This document shows, in pieces, positions 1 through 10,383 of a stretch of 64,000 nt of DNA. A model generated the notes under the pieces. The model was not told where the DNA came from. It was given only the letters and a program-made list of their open reading frames with translations, and searched no databases. The position numbers and the translations under genes were made by a program. This DNA comes from a virus. Where the stretch lies: the IMG/VR virus record IMGVR_UViG_3300045988_154277, one strand, 5' to 3'. How positions within the stretch are numbered: the stretch's first letter is position 1; the number at the start of each line of letters is the position of its first letter.

Positions 1-250
1 TCCTCAAGCTTCGCTTCGGAGATCGCGTTCGTTGCCTGCAGACTGGAACGATGTGCCCAGTCTGTGTTCTCATGCAACTCGATCGGTGCTCCTTGTACGA
101 TCTTGTAAACTTTGATCGTGCTTGCGAACGCAGGCTCTCCAAAGTCGATCGTCTGTGTGGACTGGAACACCATGTAGCGTCTATCTCCACGCTTGAACTC
201 GGGATCACTACCAGTGAGATCTGTCATTTTGATATCGTCTGGCATGGTGA

Positions 251-1450
251 TTAGCCCTTTATATTTTCAATCGCTTTTTCATATGCAGCTAGCTTGACTT
301 TCAAGCTATCATTCTCTGCGATGAGTTGTTTCATCTCGGTATTGAAGAGTTTGTCGATCAACAGCTCACCAGGTGTATCGTCGATCACTTCCTGTCTGGC
401 TTGGTTGATACTGTTGTACTCTTCTGTGGTAAGATAGATATCATCGTAGCGGTTGATCTTAACCAGTTCCTTATCCGCTGGGAACTGCTTCCCATCCGCT
501 TTGATGCCGTATCTCACTTCCAAGAGTTCGGTGAGAAGCATGATCATATCCGTGACCATCTCCAGATCAGAGAAGACTCCAAGATTGATACCTAAGATCA
601 GTTTGTCATATCGTGCGATGGATCCATCCGGAACTCCATCGACAAAAGACAAAGGTATGTAGATCACGATATCTTCATTCCGTGGATCAACCAACTTGTA
701 GAACATCGTGTTCTGGAAAGAAGGTTCGTCCTTGTTGTAGACATCCTTAGCAACTCCGATCGGGGCGTACAGATTGTTGTACACGTCGATACCAGACGAC
801 AACACATCTTTGTAAGAGAGGATCTTATCAACTCGATATACCCCACAGTACACATCGTGATATGGACTGTCTGGATCTCGAGAGTAACCCAACTTCTCAA
901 AGTCTTTTACGAAGGTGAACCGATAGATCTTCCCAAGGATCAGATTGACTGTATCGTAACGTTGTGTCGTCAACGTGTTGTAGTTGGTCTTGGTCACCGT
1001 CCGGTTGGTCTCAGAGAACCGATAATTCGTGAATGCATTGTAGTACATCACGGACTGCGTTGTGATCAGATCACCTGTCACAGGATCGGTAGATGTGACG
1101 GGTTCACCGACGGTGATCTGGATGTTCGGATCATCGAACGCTGCAAGAGTTGGAGCATTATCCTCTCCGATATCACCTTTCTCCGTATCAACAGCATAGG
1201 TGACATTCCAAGGATCGGTAACTTCTGTTGTCGGTTGATATTCCGAGTAGTAGATTTTGAGACGATCGTACGAAGCGATCACCCATCCTCTACCACTCAA
1301 GTAATATACAACGACCCGTTGATCGAGCTTATCAGCGATACCACTCCACTCTCGGGCATTCCCAGATGTGGAAGGATCAACAACGGTGAGGTTTTGATTG
1401 ACAACAGCGGTTCCGGCTCCTGTAATACGGATACCTCTCTGTTCCATCAA
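251..1450 (-). CDS. hypothetical protein (399 aa), 4-nt overlap with upstream gene
   Basis: Long ORF in track; GGAGAG SD-like sequence before ATG; start overlaps stop of 1447..2919 ORF (ATGA). No recognisable motifs. Confidence 0.55.
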   Translation of the reverse strand: MMEQRGIRITGAGTAVVNQNLTVVDPSTSGNAREWSGIADKLDQRVVVYYLSGRGWVIASYDRLKIYYSEYQPTTEVTDPWNVTYAVDTEKGDIGEDNAPTLAAFDDPNIQITVGEPVTSTDPVTGDLITTQSVMYYNAFTNYRFSETNRTVTKTNYNTLTTQRYDTVNLILGKIYRFTFVKDFEKLGYSRDPDSPYHDVYCGVYRVDKILSYKDVLSSGIDVYNNLYAPIGVAKDVYNKDEPSFQNTMFYKLVDPRNEDIVIYIPLSFVDGVPDGSIARYDKLILGINLGVFSDLEMVTDMIMLLTELLEVRYGIKADGKQFPADKELVKINRYDDIYLTTEEYNSINQARQEVIDDTPGELLIDKLFNTEMKQLIAENDSLKVKLAAYEKAIENIKG

Positions 1451-2919
1451 TAACTCTCCTGTTTCAGAAGGTGGAATTCAATGAAGTTGGAGATGAATGC
1501 CAGATACTTCTTCTGTTCCAACGTTTCTTCGGTGAAAAGGTTGTTGTCATTGGATTGCAACCCAAGCGCTACTTTCATAGCGAGTGCAAGATCCATATTG
1601 AAAGATTGTGTCTCCTCAGTCATGAGGTCCCAATACATCCCAGCGTTGGCATCGATATTCTGGTAAGTCGGATGGATGCTTCCGAGATTCAGAAGATCAC
1701 TCGGGTTATCGAGCAACGGGAACGCGTAGATATACAACCCAGATCCAGCAGCCATCAACAGAGAACCGTTCTTACGGATCCAATCGATATCCGTGTTCGG
1801 GAACAGCTGAGCCATCTTCTGGATCATCTGATTGTATCCGATGATGTTCTTATCGATGACATATCCGTCAGTCAGAGAGACACGGTTGATGTAGAACGGG
1901 ATCAAGTAGAACCCACCATCGACGAACAAGTCAGGAAGGACACCTTTCCACACTTCTTCTGTTGCCAACCCAAGAGCAAGGAGTTCTTCACGGATGTAAT
2001 CACGCATCGCAGCAGAGGACGGGGCACACCCCTTGTACAGTACAGTGAACGGCATCCTGTAATACGTGGCGAGGCTGCTGTTGACATATCTCGACACATA
2101 GGTCGCCAACCCACTGTGATCTTCGGATTTGATCGCTTGCTGAAGCTGTTCATCTTTAAACCCAGAAGATTCGACGATAGCAGCAACAGTATTCGCGAAA
2201 TCCATGTCCAGAAGACGTGCTGGATCACAAGGCCAAACAACCTTCACCAAAATGGACAGAGGGTAATCAGCCAGGAACGCTTCCATCCCAAGCCAAATCT
2301 TGAATGTCAACACATCGGTGCCAACTCGGAACTGAAACTGGATCGACTGATAGAACGGAACAGCTGTTCCGTACATTTTGTATCCAGCAAGACTGGTATC
2401 CGACAACCGAATGTCGGAGTTGGTTGTTCCTGCAGATACTTGGATACTTCCAGGGACATACCCAGAGAACGAAGCAGATTCACTCTTCATCGCGCCATCC
2501 AACTGTTCAGCAGAAGGAAGCGTATCAGTACTGGTGTGTTGCAGGAAGCAATACTCGATGATGTTGAACAGATAAGTTCTTGTGACATCACTTTGACTGA
2601 TCGCGTCGATCCCGCGAGCATCCGCTTCATCCATGTACACAGGACGTACATGGGTATAGTCGTTACCATCTCCTTTACGGGTGTTGTCGAACTGAAGAGC
2701 CATACGACCGAACGCCTGTCTTCCAAAGGGAGTAAGAGACATACGTTTGTTATTCTGCGATACCGATCTTGGATCGAACAGAGAAGTTGGGTTGAGGAAG
2801 TAGTTGATCATCTGATCATTGAGAACCCCAAGTTGACTCTTACCGATATCCGGATAAGAGAGCATGGAGCCTCCACTCACCCCAGCGAACGATCCGTCGG
2901 AGCAAAAGGCATAAATCAT
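1447..2919 (-). CDS. hypothetical protein (~490 aa); start moved to internal ATG (MIYAFC...)
   Basis: Track ORF 1447..2982; internal ATG at 2919 is preceded by TAGGAGGTTAACT (AGGAGG SD, good spacing); upstream track Met has no SD. Confidence 0.55.
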   Translation of the reverse strand: MIYAFCSDGSFAGVSGGSMLSYPDIGKSQLGVLNDQMINYFLNPTSLFDPRSVSQNNKRMSLTPFGRQAFGRMALQFDNTRKGDGNDYTHVRPVYMDEADARGIDAISQSDVTRTYLFNIIEYCFLQHTSTDTLPSAEQLDGAMKSESASFSGYVPGSIQVSAGTTNSDIRLSDTSLAGYKMYGTAVPFYQSIQFQFRVGTDVLTFKIWLGMEAFLADYPLSILVKVVWPCDPARLLDMDFANTVAAIVESSGFKDEQLQQAIKSEDHSGLATYVSRYVNSSLATYYRMPFTVLYKGCAPSSAAMRDYIREELLALGLATEEVWKGVLPDLFVDGGFYLIPFYINRVSLTDGYVIDKNIIGYNQMIQKMAQLFPNTDIDWIRKNGSLLMAAGSGLYIYAFPLLDNPSDLLNLGSIHPTYQNIDANAGMYWDLMTEETQSFNMDLALAMKVALGLQSNDNNLFTEETLEQKKYLAFISNFIEFHLLKQESY

Positions 2920-3027
2920 AGTTAACCTCCTATGACGATTGAAGTAGAATTTAGGCATAGCATGACCTGCTATAGCAGGCAAAAAAGATACGTAGATCAG
3001 GAGAGAACACCCCTCCTGATCTACGGT

Positions 3028-3363
3028 TCACAGATAGTATCCGAAGCCCTCTCTGGACTTCCTCTGTTTGGTCATGTTGGACTGTATCTTAGCGATTAAA
3101 GAGTCTGTCTTTTGTGACGGAATCTTCTTCTTGAGATTCGACTCGATCAACCAGTAAGGTTGTCCTTTGTTCGGAACGTGGAATGTGAAAGCCACGTGTG
3201 TCTGGTCGAACCCTCTCGCTATCGAAAAGTGGTAGATCGTTTCATCCTTCGTGAATGTCGCAGGATACTTCTCGATCAAATAACCTTTCGGTAGATACAT
3301 ATGCGGTACTCGCATCCCGATCGTTTGGGAAAAGTCGATCCAAGTGCCATTTAACGTAAACAT
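3028..3363 (-). CDS. hypothetical protein (111 aa)
   Basis: ORF in track, overlaps 3' end of helicase gene by 13 nt; no motifs recognised. Confidence 0.35.
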   Translation of the reverse strand: MFTLNGTWIDFSQTIGMRVPHMYLPKGYLIEKYPATFTKDETIYHFSIARGFDQTHVAFTFHVPNKGQPYWLIESNLKKKIPSQKTDSLIAKIQSNMTKQRKSREGFGYYL

Positions 3364-4856
3364 CCTTCAGATCCTCCTCCTGGAAGATGGTAGAAGTAAA
3401 CATTGCGTGCTCGTTCCTGATGCAGATCTTTCCTTTCATGGTAGTGACGTACTTGGGCTTGGATCGCCCAATCTACGATCTCTACATATTCAGGAGTCTC
3501 TCCATCTGGAAGCTCTCTTAACCGTCCTCTTGTCTGATCCACAACAGTATCCGCTTTACAGGATACGGTTTGTATCACAGTCTTAAGGTTCTTGATGTCT
3601 GTCCCACATCCTGCTTTCTTAGGAGTGGAGATGATGATCTCGTGGTTCATCAACACAGTATCATCCATCCCTCCGGTGTACGTTGTGATCTTAAATCCAG
3701 GATACTTGTCTTTGAACCAGTTGTATGCATAATCCACCATTTCCAAACGAGCGAAATAGATCAGCATCTTCTGACCTTCTTTTCTTCTATTGATGAAATG
3801 GATGTTAACAACCGGGAAGACAACTTCGTTGAAAAAAGCCCTCAGATACGTGGGTCTTTTTAACAACTCCAGCTCGTATTTTGCATGGTTGTACCCCCTA
3901 GCCTTGACGCACTTCTTTTCGTTCACATTCCCCATAAAGGCATAGGTGTAAACATCGATGTATCTCTTCCTGAGATGCTCTCCATATCGCATCTCAGATG
4001 GATAAATCATCTTGAAGATCCGACGGGTGATATTGGAAGCAGCAGAGAAGGTAGCTGTCAAGTAGATGTTGTTGATCACATTCGAGTTGAGATCGATGAT
4101 CGTATCAGCGTGGAAGTTCAGATGAACTTCATCCATGATCTTCGTACCAATACCGAAGTACTTCAAAAACGAAGACCAGGAGGGAAGATCCTGATAGTTG
4201 TTCTTCTTGTTCACCCAAAGACGAATGGTCTCCAAGCTACACACGAAGATATCAGGTTTGACCTTCCCTTCCAGAAGTCTGGTGATACTGTCGATCCCTT
4301 GGATCATATACACTTGCCCTGGTTTGGCATTGGTGAACTGGTAGATCGAACGTACCCATTGATCCTGTAGACCAGAGACGATGATCAATCCAGCATAGCC
4401 TAGCTTCACCAGGGAAGCGATCGATGAGACAGTTTTCCCAGAACCAGTTGCCGTCGCCAACCCTTTGCGATACATGTCCTGGTTCGTTAGAAAATTGATC
4501 ACTCCAACCTGTTCTGGTCGAGGAGTGAATGAGTTGATCATGCGGATATCGATCTTCCTTGGGGTAACCAAAGGTTCATCCACGATGTTCAACTCTACGC
4601 CAACTTCTTCGAGTTGGTCGATGATCAGAGGTAGTGCGTTGATCGGAACATAGAGACGATCTCGCACATAATCTGCACTGATGAACTTCCTCGTGGGCAT
4701 CATACGTCTACCGTATCGTGTCTTCACGAAGTCGTAATCTGTGAGTTTATGATGAGTGATCGCTCGGATGTTCGGAGCCCATGCATTGTTAGGGTTGACA
4801 TGGATGATCGCCCTAGTGCTACCTCGTTCGATCAGAACTTGGTTGTTGTTACTCAT
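3351..4856 (-). CDS. SF2 (DEAD/DEAH-like) helicase
   Basis: Walker A GLATATGSGKT, motif II IMDEVH (DEVH box), motif III LTATF in correct order and spacing for superfamily-2 helicases. Confidence 0.75.
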   Translation of the reverse strand: MSNNNQVLIERGSTRAIIHVNPNNAWAPNIRAITHHKLTDYDFVKTRYGRRMMPTRKFISADYVRDRLYVPINALPLIIDQLEEVGVELNIVDEPLVTPRKIDIRMINSFTPRPEQVGVINFLTNQDMYRKGLATATGSGKTVSSIASLVKLGYAGLIIVSGLQDQWVRSIYQFTNAKPGQVYMIQGIDSITRLLEGKVKPDIFVCSLETIRLWVNKKNNYQDLPSWSSFLKYFGIGTKIMDEVHLNFHADTIIDLNSNVINNIYLTATFSAASNITRRIFKMIYPSEMRYGEHLRKRYIDVYTYAFMGNVNEKKCVKARGYNHAKYELELLKRPTYLRAFFNEVVFPVVNIHFINRRKEGQKMLIYFARLEMVDYAYNWFKDKYPGFKITTYTGGMDDTVLMNHEIIISTPKKAGCGTDIKNLKTVIQTVSCKADTVVDQTRGRLRELPDGETPEYVEIVDWAIQAQVRHYHERKDLHQERARNVYFYHLPGGGSEGCLR

Positions 4857-4868
4857 ACTTGTATTATA

Positions 4869-4894
4869 GGTGGTTATACACCAGGGGTGTTATC
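4869..4894. terminator. 10-bp GC-rich hairpin between beta-prime fragment and helicase genes
   Basis: ACACCAGGGG-tgttat-CCCCTGGTGT perfect inverted repeat in the 158-nt intergenic gap; no clean U-run on either strand. Confidence 0.35.
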
Positions 4895-5014
4895 CCCTGG
4901 TGTATGGATATTAGTGATGATGTATGTGTACGGTTCTACCGCGAAACATGCATGCTACGATATAACCGATCACGAATCCGATGAAAATCTCGAACATGAT
5001 CACCTCTTACTATA

Positions 5015-6931
5015 TCAATCTAAGATACCGAAGAACGGACCGAACAGACCGATCGGTCGAGCGATGTTCGAAGTCTGAGGATCGTTGAAATAATCCTTGA
5101 GTCGTTCGAATGCAAGCTCCATCGACACAGTTCGGTTGCTGATCACATCTTCCAACTTACCGAACGTCACATGATAGGGATCGGTTACCGTACAGAGTTG
5201 ATAGTTCTGCTGGTTGTCGATCACCAAGTTGTGAAGCACGGTCTCCAGGTGGAAGATCGGGATCGAAGATTTTCGCCAGACGATCTCGCAGAAATCGTTC
5301 AACGCGTGAGGAACACTGTTATAGTTCCCTATCGTAGCGGTCAGGAAGGTCGCTACGCTCTTGGTATACGTGATCATATCATCGTTCATGATGATGAATT
5401 TGAACACGTCCTGCTTCGCATCGAACCCTGCCATCGGTACGATCACACCATCTTCGTCGAACTCCAACTTGTTGTAGTTGGTTCTCATGTGGTCCAGGAA
5501 CGCCTCACTCAGATACGGTACGAACGCATCGTACTCCATCTGGATCGTCTCCACCAGTTCCCCATCTTTCAACAGCTCCAGGTAAGACACCTTACTGAAC
5601 GACTCTGCGATGGGAAGTGTATCCAGGTTCAAGTCAACGATCGGCCCAAGCGCATCACTCGGGATCCGGATCTGATACTTATGGATATGTTTCCCCCACT
5701 TCTGATCGAACAGGATGGAGTTGTTGTTCTTGATGAAATACCTTGCAGCACTTTCCGTCAAGTTGTAGATGAGCGAGTTGGTGTTGATCAGGTGTTTCGC
5801 CGACAACACTTTCTGTGATACAGTGGATGATACCTTCGTAGAGCACAGCAGTCCGATATGGATCCCATGTGGAAGATACTTGATCAACCGATCCTTCCCA
5901 TATCCAGCACAGTGTTCACACATCCCGTCCAGATGGTTGCACCCGAACTGAGAGATCATGTTCACTGTTTGACCAACGTATCGATCGATGACGTTCATGT
6001 TGCTGAGAGCGACCCTTCGTCCATCATCGATGATGATCTTGTTGATGAAGTTCTTGGCATACTCTGGTTTGATCGTCATCGGGATCACGTTGTGATCGGA
6101 TCCACAATTTCCAGGATGAACCGTCTGTACCGTGGAACAACCGAGTCTCATCTTCCTTCCGAAATACTGAGACTTCTTGATCACATCTCGTGAGAAGAAG
6201 ATGGACTTCTTCGCTGAGAGGGATTCGGTTGCGAACTCCACCGGTGATTTCAACCCACTGAAGGATGAGGATGAGATCACGAACTTCCGCATCGTATCAT
6301 CGATGTCCGACCGAGGTCCATATGCCAGCAGCATCTGTGGGATCTGGTTGGTCTTCAGAACACCAGCTTGGATGTAGTGATACAGCACGTTGTTCGGAGT
6401 CTTCGGATCTTTCAAGATCTTCAGAAGTTCCTTCCCATCCTGTCTCAGCTGAGCTTCCGCAACCTGAGTACCCCACTTCGGATCGTAGACCTTATCAGCC
6501 AGTTCCTTGATCGGAGGATACTCCAACAGTTGCGTCAAGCTCAGACCATCGATAGATGGCATGTACTCACCCAACTCCGTTGTGATGAAGTTGTAGATCC
6601 TCGATACATTCCGGAAGATCTTGTGGACCATGAGCATGTGGTCCACGTCTGGACGCTCATCCAAAAACCGATCATAGATGATACTGTAGATCTTACTGCT
6701 ACTATCGCTGGAGATACTCTTGATATTGAACGTCTCCTTGATCGTTGGTAAGATCCCGAAGTACATCAACGGTTCCCAGTACAGGATATTCAGGATCGCC
6801 ATGCGTGTAGGCATCTGAACACTCTTGTTGTCTCCAAGAACCAGTTTACACATCCCACGATCTTGATGTGTCTGACGAAGTTGATCGGCATAACCGGCTT
6901 GGGTATACTGATCTGGTGTTAATACAAGCAT
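5015..6931 (-). CDS. multisubunit RNA polymerase beta-prime subunit, N-terminal fragment (split subunit)
   Basis: KKSQYFGRKMRLGCSTVQTVHPG resembles the beta-prime [26 protein letters not shown] segment. YNKLEFDEDGVIVP aligns with [15 protein letters not shown] (acidic triad written as EFDED). ATG overlaps stop of preceding beta-C gene (TAATG) after a GAGGAAG SD, as in the rpoB-rpoC order. Confidence 0.65.
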   Translation of the reverse strand: MLVLTPDQYTQAGYADQLRQTHQDRGMCKLVLGDNKSVQMPTRMAILNILYWEPLMYFGILPTIKETFNIKSISSDSSSKIYSIIYDRFLDERPDVDHMLMVHKIFRNVSRIYNFITTELGEYMPSIDGLSLTQLLEYPPIKELADKVYDPKWGTQVAEAQLRQDGKELLKILKDPKTPNNVLYHYIQAGVLKTNQIPQMLLAYGPRSDIDDTMRKFVISSSSFSGLKSPVEFATESLSAKKSIFFSRDVIKKSQYFGRKMRLGCSTVQTVHPGNCGSDHNVIPMTIKPEYAKNFINKIIIDDGRRVALSNMNVIDRYVGQTVNMISQFGCNHLDGMCEHCAGYGKDRLIKYLPHGIHIGLLCSTKVSSTVSQKVLSAKHLINTNSLIYNLTESAARYFIKNNNSILFDQKWGKHIHKYQIRIPSDALGPIVDLNLDTLPIAESFSKVSYLELLKDGELVETIQMEYDAFVPYLSEAFLDHMRTNYNKLEFDEDGVIVPMAGFDAKQDVFKFIIMNDDMITYTKSVATFLTATIGNYNSVPHALNDFCEIVWRKSSIPIFHLETVLHNLVIDNQQNYQLCTVTDPYHVTFGKLEDVISNRTVSMELAFERLKDYFNDPQTSNIARPIGLFGPFFGILD

Positions 6932-8874
6932 TATACTTCCTCCTCGACTTCTTCGACCTCGAACCCGACGGCTGCCAGCTGGTGTTTGAAGATCCCGATG
7001 TTACTGGCACCATCGATCATCTCTTCTGTAGACATCCCGAGATCGTAGATCCCGCTGGGTTTATCAGCCGTCAGCAACAGATACTGGAGTCGATCGATCG
7101 CTGCAGGAGAGTTGCTGTATGTACACAGTAATCTCACAGCCATCTTCGCACCACAACACATCGTAAGAATAGCGGTCTCATCCTCACCATATCGGATCGG
7201 TGTTTGACCGAACATACTCTGTGCTTTCAGACTCTTGCTGTTGGGTTTGATCGGAGATAGGAACTGACTCTGATATCCGAACTCGATGCAGTTCAACTGG
7301 TCGATCGGGATCTTACCGAGCAGGTGGATATAGAGTTCTCCACAGAGAGCATCCGTACAGGTCTTCACCTGTTTCTTACCACCTTTCCCATCTTTGGCGT
7401 TGTAAGTAACCGGAGTTCTCCGGATCCCATACTTCTTCGCCAATCGATCGATCATCTCAGGACTGATGCTGTCACAGAACGGAGGGATCACCATAAAGAT
7501 CCCGTGTTTCTTGCAGCTGTCCACGAACTCATCTTCATAGTTCTTGGTCTTCTCACGAACATACTGCGCGAACACAGGTCTTACCTCTTGGAGATAATCG
7601 AGGATATACTCATATTGAGCTTCGATCGAACTCCACTGTTGAGTCCAGAGATTCCGCACAACCACATCAGAGACATAGTTGATATATTGTTCGTAATACT
7701 GACCACCATTCAGACGGTTGAACGGAGATGCACCTGTGATCAAGATACTGGCTCTGGTTCCATCCTCCATCGTCGGCATATCTTCATCTTCCCAGATGTC
7801 CGAGATCACACCTTTGTTACCAGCGTTACCAACCAGCTTGTAACCACGGTCGACTTCCCGCTGATAAGCATAAGTGATCTTAACTCGGATGAAGTCAACC
7901 GGTTCCTTCTTATTCATCAGGAACATGGACTTCCCACCTCTCCAGTAACTCCAACCTTTACAGCTGGTTACCAGAGTGTTGAACGCAGGAGTAACCTCAC
8001 GTCCTTCTCGTTTCATCTGCTCATACACATCAACGATAGCCGTCCAATAGGTGTGATACTGATCCTGATACTGCATCAGCTGGGCGTATGCTGTATCAGA
8101 ACTCAGCTCTGGATACTTCTTGTGGTTCGTGAAAATCTCAACATCGATCACAGTTGCACCGGCTTCTGCTCGATAGAGATCATCGTGGAACTCCTCTGCA
8201 CGACGGAGCTTCTCATCGGTCATATCCGTTAAGAACGAACTCTTGTTCTGTTTCCGGAATCCGATCAGGATCCCATCTTCACGGATCTGTTCACCGATTT
8301 CAGGGAACGTCTTATACTCGTTCTCCCCACCGTACAGATTCAGAGGGATGTCGTCGATCTTGACATCGATCGTCACACTGTCGATCACCGTGTGTGAGAG
8401 TTGTTTCTGAAGGCTTCTGCTGATCACGAATGCGTCTTCTGTGGTAGCCCACAGAGGAAGATATGCGACGTTGGCATTCACTCCCATCTTGTACAACCCA
8501 TCTTCGTGATTCGGAGATGTAACGAACTTCGTTGTTTGACTGACCAGACGTCCTTCTTGCAGCTGGTCAAAGTTCATCTGTTTGTTGATGTATCCGAATC
8601 CGCTATACAGTTCGGTATAACTGTCGACTTCGAAATACCCAACTTTACCATCTTCTGCTCCGATGTAGATCACAGTGAGACTGGGGTTGTTCTTGATCTT
8701 CTGAAGACCTGCGTTGACTCGGAACTTCGGGATCACAGCGACGATCTGTACGTCCTGATCTCGAGTACTTTTGTCAAATTCATATTTTCCGATCTTCGTC
8801 TCGTAGCCGGACTGGATCCGTGCTGTCTGACACCCATCCACCACCATCATCTGCGGGGCATTTGAGGAGAGCAT
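6931..8874 (-). CDS. multisubunit RNA polymerase beta subunit, C-terminal half (split subunit)
   Basis: Contains KLVGNAGNKGVIS (cf. bacterial KMAGRHGNKGVIS), AYLPLWATTEDAFVIS (cf. AFMPWNGYNFEDSILVS) and FGQTPIRYGEDETAILTMCCGAKMAVRLL (cf. [26 protein letters not shown]). N-terminus begins at the position of the DANRALMG motif. Confidence 0.85.
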   Translation of the reverse strand: MLSSNAPQMMVVDGCQTARIQSGYETKIGKYEFDKSTRDQDVQIVAVIPKFRVNAGLQKIKNNPSLTVIYIGAEDGKVGYFEVDSYTELYSGFGYINKQMNFDQLQEGRLVSQTTKFVTSPNHEDGLYKMGVNANVAYLPLWATTEDAFVISRSLQKQLSHTVIDSVTIDVKIDDIPLNLYGGENEYKTFPEIGEQIREDGILIGFRKQNKSSFLTDMTDEKLRRAEEFHDDLYRAEAGATVIDVEIFTNHKKYPELSSDTAYAQLMQYQDQYHTYWTAIVDVYEQMKREGREVTPAFNTLVTSCKGWSYWRGGKSMFLMNKKEPVDFIRVKITYAYQREVDRGYKLVGNAGNKGVISDIWEDEDMPTMEDGTRASILITGASPFNRLNGGQYYEQYINYVSDVVVRNLWTQQWSSIEAQYEYILDYLQEVRPVFAQYVREKTKNYEDEFVDSCKKHGIFMVIPPFCDSISPEMIDRLAKKYGIRRTPVTYNAKDGKGGKKQVKTCTDALCGELYIHLLGKIPIDQLNCIEFGYQSQFLSPIKPNSKSLKAQSMFGQTPIRYGEDETAILTMCCGAKMAVRLLCTYSNSPAAIDRLQYLLLTADKPSGIYDLGMSTEEMIDGASNIGIFKHQLAAVGFEVEEVEEEV

Positions 8875-9448
8875 TCTTTATGTTCAACCGAGTGCGTTAC
8901 TTCTCGGCCCGCAGCATTACCTGCTCCGCTTATAGATTTGCTATAAGAACAGACTATATCTCACTCCTTACTGAGTAAGGAGAACCTCCATTTCCACCCA
9001 CTTGGGTGTACATTTAGTCGTTGATCTTTCTTCTCAGAGAGAAGCTTAGAAGCTGATTTCCCATTGTTCGTTATCACACGATAACGACATCCCTTAGCAC
9101 CGTGTTGTTACACACAGCTTTTATTTCAGCATAGGACATTCTAATCATTCTTTCTGTCTTTCGACCGCGTTCACGCTTACCCTTGCGAGTTACGTTGTAG
9201 CTGATTAGACTTTAGTGGATCCCAGACCGTTAGAAGGTTGATTTCACCACTACATTACTGTAATAGCGCCCAATGTTGTTTAGGCCACGTTGCGAACTGA
9301 TGAACTGTAAGAAAGGTGAAAGGAGCGCAGGCGTTCCTGTCAATTCCGGTCTTACATTTAGATCTGATACAAATTGCGATGTCTTCACATTGATTCCTCC
9401 TAGTTTGGGTGTTATAGTTTCCAATGTTATGACTCAACATACTCAGAT
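8875..9448 (-). other. ~575-nt noncoding leader/structured region upstream of RNAP beta-C gene
   Basis: No ORF >60 aa on minus strand. Multiple short perfect hairpins (CTCCTTACTGAGTAAGGAG, CTTATAGATTTGCTATAAG, CTTCTCAGAGAGAAG, GTTATCACACGATAAC) sit between the TATATATTAC promoter motif at ~9450 and the ATG at 8874. Confidence 0.4.
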
Positions 9449-9460
9449 AGTAATATATAC
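9449..9460 (-). promoter_or_regulatory. TATATATTAC-type promoter motif (minus-strand orientation)
   Basis: Plus-strand AGTAATATATAC is GTATATATTACT on the minus strand, one of 7 near-identical copies upstream of minus-strand genes. It is similar to the AT-rich early promoter consensus reported for phiKZ-like phages (from memory). Confidence 0.5.
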
Positions 9461-9481
9461 TCAAAAGGGAGATGAAGCCAT

Positions 9482-9835
9482 ATGCCATCTACATTACGTG
9501 AACTCTTCGAAGAGCAAGTGGATCAGTACTGCAGTGAAGATCAGAACTGGGTACAGTTCGTAAGAGATCATTTTCAGTATCTCAGGAACACCGCACAAGA
9601 AGTCACTTTGGATGTCTACCGACACAACACGATGAAGTATCGATTGGAAGACTTCTTGGAGGATCAGCTCAAGATGTACCGATCTACTGCTTGGATCGTG
9701 TTGCTGATCAACCAGATGAACAGTAACGTGGATTTCCGAGAGATGTCATCGATCTTGATCCCTGACATGCGTGTGATCCAGTATCTGAGGAACACATACA
9801 ACACTGTAAAAGCCAATCAAGAAAACATGGTTTGA
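9482..9835 (+). CDS. hypothetical protein (117 aa)
   Basis: AAAGGGAG SD 7 nt before ATG; one of few plus-strand genes. Confidence 0.5.
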   Translation: MPSTLRELFEEQVDQYCSEDQNWVQFVRDHFQYLRNTAQEVTLDVYRHNTMKYRLEDFLEDQLKMYRSTAWIVLLINQMNSNVDFREMSSILIPDMRVIQYLRNTYNTVKANQENMV

Positions 9836-9881
9836 CCGATAGTGAAGGTAGGGCTAATATCACCCTACCTTCACTATATCG

Positions 9882-10340
9882 TTATTGCTTGGAAACTGAC
9901 TTGTAGAGGAAGTTCTGGTACGCTCTGATGAACAGAGGATACGTCCAGAATGTATTATACTTGCGATCGAGATCTCGGATCACATCCCTCGATACATGGA
10001 ACTCTTCCAAGGAACGTAAGCAACGTTCTTTGTACTCAGCCATAACCGATGGTCCGTATTTCACGATACAAGACGCTGTGAATACAGCGATCCGATGTCC
10101 TGTCTTGTAAACAGGACTCTTCGATCCGAATAGATAATCTACACGTTTCACACCAGCTTTAGCGTTCAACGATGATGGATCCAATAGAGCGATGTTCTCA
10201 CAGACGTTATCATTCACCTCTGAAGAACGATCTTGATTCCTTCTATGAAGTTGACACTCCAGATCATAGAAGTATAAGAAATCATTGTAGATCTGATCAT
10301 CCAACTGTGGAGTCAGATGGGATGCTTTTGAAAAGAACAT
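9882..10340 (-). CDS. hypothetical protein (~152 aa); start moved to internal ATG
   Basis: Track ORF 9882..10520 would overlap the upstream gene by 137 nt. Internal ATG at 10340 (MFFSKASH...) is preceded by CAGGAGATACTAT. Confidence 0.5.
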   Translation of the reverse strand: MFFSKASHLTPQLDDQIYNDFLYFYDLECQLHRRNQDRSSEVNDNVCENIALLDPSSLNAKAGVKRVDYLFGSKSPVYKTGHRIAVFTASCIVKYGPSVMAEYKERCLRSLEEFHVSRDVIRDLDRKYNTFWTYPLFIRAYQNFLYKSVSKQ

Positions 10341-10383
10341 ATAGTATCTCCTGTTGTATAGGAAGATTGCATGTGATATCTTT

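Noticed and set aside
857-8232. Long plus-strand ORFs in the track (e.g. 857..1453, 1471..2925, 7324..8232) overlapping minus-strand genes
   Set aside because: They are antisense shadow ORFs of well-supported minus-strand genes (RNAP beta, etc.). They lack SD sequences and recognisable motifs.
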